NCBI GenBank assembly: GCA_030704615.1
Contig: CM060732.1
Location: 13,020,001-13,084,000, forward strand
DNA from: Takakia lepidozioides
Taxonomy: Eukaryota; Plantae; Bryophyta
DNA: 64,000 nt
Direction: 5' to 3'
The position numbers were made by a program, and so were the translations under genes. Numbering within the stretch: the stretch's first letter is position 1; every line of letters begins with the position of its first letter. Of the stretch, positions 61,540-64,000 are shown piece by piece. Below the pieces are notes generated by a model, which saw only the letters and a list, made by a program, of their open reading frames with translations, ran no database searches and was not told where the DNA came from.

Positions 61540-64000
61540 ATGGCTTCCTCTGAAGCGGAGTTCTTCTCTGACGACAAACCATTGTCGTTCTCCCAGGAAG
61601 TCCTTGACAATGGATTTGCAATTGTTCTGGAACATGTCTTGGCTACCCGTTTTCAGCTGCATAATGGCTCCATCTTTTTGGAGAAAGAGGTGTACGATCT
61701 TAAAGGGAAGTTGTTGAAATACTCTTTCCAAAACCGTGATGAGACGGCTCATATCAGCCAGTGGAGAGTGCGTCCTAGTCGATACAGAGTACTTGGAGAG
61801 CCTCGACGAAAGTCCCTTGGGTCATATGTGACGCCCGGGACTGCTGCTTCGGTCGTTGAAGACAAGAGGGAGGTGGTGGTGAAAAAAGAACAGACGTCCT
61901 CCACTCCAATCGTTGAGCTTTTGGATTCGTCCGATGATGACATAAGTGAAATTCCAAATCCAGTCCTTCCTACTGTGGTTGGAGAAGCTGATGAAGAAGA
62001 GATTTGTAGTGTCATTCCAAAATTGCGGGCGATGGGAGGAATGGCTGGATTCAAAAGTGAGTTGCGGGGAATTGATTGGGAATCTTTGAAGCAGGTGCCT
62101 GTGAAGTTCTTGCCGGAGACTTTTGATGGCGATATCCTATTCGAGCTGCCTCCTCCGCGAGTTGGAGGTGTAACAATCATGATGCATGGAATGGACAAGA
62201 AACATGACGGGCACCCGTGGTGCAGAACAAAAACATCCAATATTCAGAATGATGACAAGCTTGTTTTCAGGAGGACAGTTTGCAATGGACACCTTAGGTG
62301 TGATAATTTGAATTGCAGACACTTTCTTCAGTCTGGGGTTCATAATCAAAGCGAATGGGAGGGTCTGGCGGAAAATCCATTTCAGCCTGGGACTGCCCCT
62401 CCACCGGCAAACACTTTCGTCTGCAAATTCTGCAAACTTGTGCCATCCTGCTTGGCGCTTTGCGGAGCAAGAATGTACTATGTTGTCCACTGTTTGAAAA
62501 CAATGACAAGAGCTTGTGTGCATTTCAGATTCCATAACCATCCTGTCTCGAAGGGGGATTACAGGGAGAGTGTTGAGACAGTATCGAGGTTGATTAAACA
62601 GGAGTTCGGGAGAAACCCATCCGCAACAACATCTGCAATTGCTCTTGGCGCAAGCAAGTCCTTCTTGGAAAGCCATATTTTGAATGAAGGGGATTCTGTG
62701 GGGACTAAACTTGACGGTGCAGCATTGGACCTGGTCATGGATCATTTCTCCACTTTAAGTTCACCTAACATTCGGCATCAGATCAATGCATTGAGAATGG
62801 GCTCTGGGATCAGAGGCTACATAGACAACATTTTGGAATTGAAACGAGTGAGCAAGTACGATTACATCCAGGACAATGTATTCCCAGGTCAAGGTGCCAT
62901 CAAAGTTTTTCTTTTCAAAATGTCGACTGTTGGGGAGGGCAGTGGGGTTAGCCTCGTGAAGTGGATGCAGAAGATTGGGGACTTGCAGAACTGTTTTCTT
63001 ATGTTTGATCATGTGAAACGAGTGAAGGATTGGACGACAATGGCTTGTCATGTCTACGATCCAGTATACCAACGAGTTATGACAATTGCAGTTTGTGACA
63101 TGCAATCCGAGGATACGGAATCCCAGAAGCTCATGTGGAATTCCCTGATACGTGTCATGGGTTGCCATGGGCTGTCATCTCCAAATTTCGCAGATTTCAT
63201 GGCGGATAGTGCTCAAGCAAATTTCAATGCTGTTCGTATTGTCTTCGGATCGGGCGACCCAAAAGTGCCTATGCCAGGAAGAGAGCGTACATGTCTATTC
63301 CATTGGACACAATCTCTGGAAAAACATACAAAGTCGGACATCAAACCAGAGATGCAGACTCAGCACCGTAAATTGTGCAAAGAGTACAAAGATGCTAGAA
63401 CAATGAAGGAGGCGGACACTTTGTTCCAGACAATTCGTGCCTGGTGGTTCTCTTCTGGAGCTGCATCACTTGAGAGTATGAGAGCATTGGAAGATTGGCT
63501 GGCGTTTTGGCACTTCCGGTATAGATAGTGGGGAGCAGCCATGCCATTGGTACGAGGCTTATATTTATTGCTTTATTCATACATTTGCTTTCCATTTTAT
63601 TGTGTCCTCGCTTTCTTTATGTTGTTTTCTGTTCACTGTTTTGAAGTGTGGTTCTGCACTTTGCAGAACATGTCCATTGAGGAAATGGCGGACATGCCAT
63701 CTTGCAATTTGGCAGAAACTGTGCACAACGCATGGTTGCAGCAGTCTGGGAAACGAGGTCGGGATTTGTATGTGGCAACAACAGATGATTTGATACGTGC
63801 CTTGCAACAACAAACCCGATACTGTGATTTCTTACGAGGTGGGGTTGGTGGCAAGGGTCCGGACAAATGGGAGTTGATGTTGCGTGCTGCAAACAGATCT
63901 GGGGATCCAATCAAGATAGCACGGGCGGTGAGCATGTATGCCCAGGGAACGCCACTTGTTTCTAGAGTTCCACATCTTGAAGGGGAGGAGAGATTCGGCT
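61540..64000 (+). CDS. GCM-domain Mutator-like DDE transposase (copy 2; one TAG at 63526; runs off window)
   Basis: DKKHDGHPWCRTKTSN...CNGHLRC...CKFC...HNHP; FLMFDH / DFMADS / CLFH / SCNLAETVH (after intron 63550-63666); collinear with copy 1 from the N-terminus. Confidence 0.88.

Overview
Eukaryotic, repeat-rich land-plant genomic DNA; the B3/REM gene, PLS-type PPR fragments and plant-type Mfd/TRCF exons point to a plant, and the TE repertoire is compatible with a seed-free lineage (not established). Left part (1-24 kb): two degenerate Ty1/Copia elements (one interrupted by a ~1.7-kb insert carrying an unknown ORF), an hAT MITE with TIRs and 8-bp TSD, a B3-domain gene, the last two exons of an Mfd/TRCF helicase gene, and an endonuclease-deleted L1-type LINE. 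Middle (24.6-46 kb): nested Ty3/Gypsy elements, one encoding a DNMT3-like C5 cytosine methyltransferase between protease and RT, plus tandemly amplified PPR pseudogene fragments. Right part (46.1-64 kb): the most unusual system. It comprises two diverged, tandem copies of a head-to-head gene pair: a GCM-domain/Mutator-like DDE transposase (with a SWIM finger in copy 1) and a spliced ParB/Srx-domain protein, which in copy 1 continues into a phage-type beta-class N6/N4 DNA methyltransferase domain. The equivalent intron of each ParB gene holds an array of copy-specific palindromes. Most coding regions carry frameshifts or stops, reflecting decay and/or assembly indels. All family assignments are by visual motif recognition; no searches were run.
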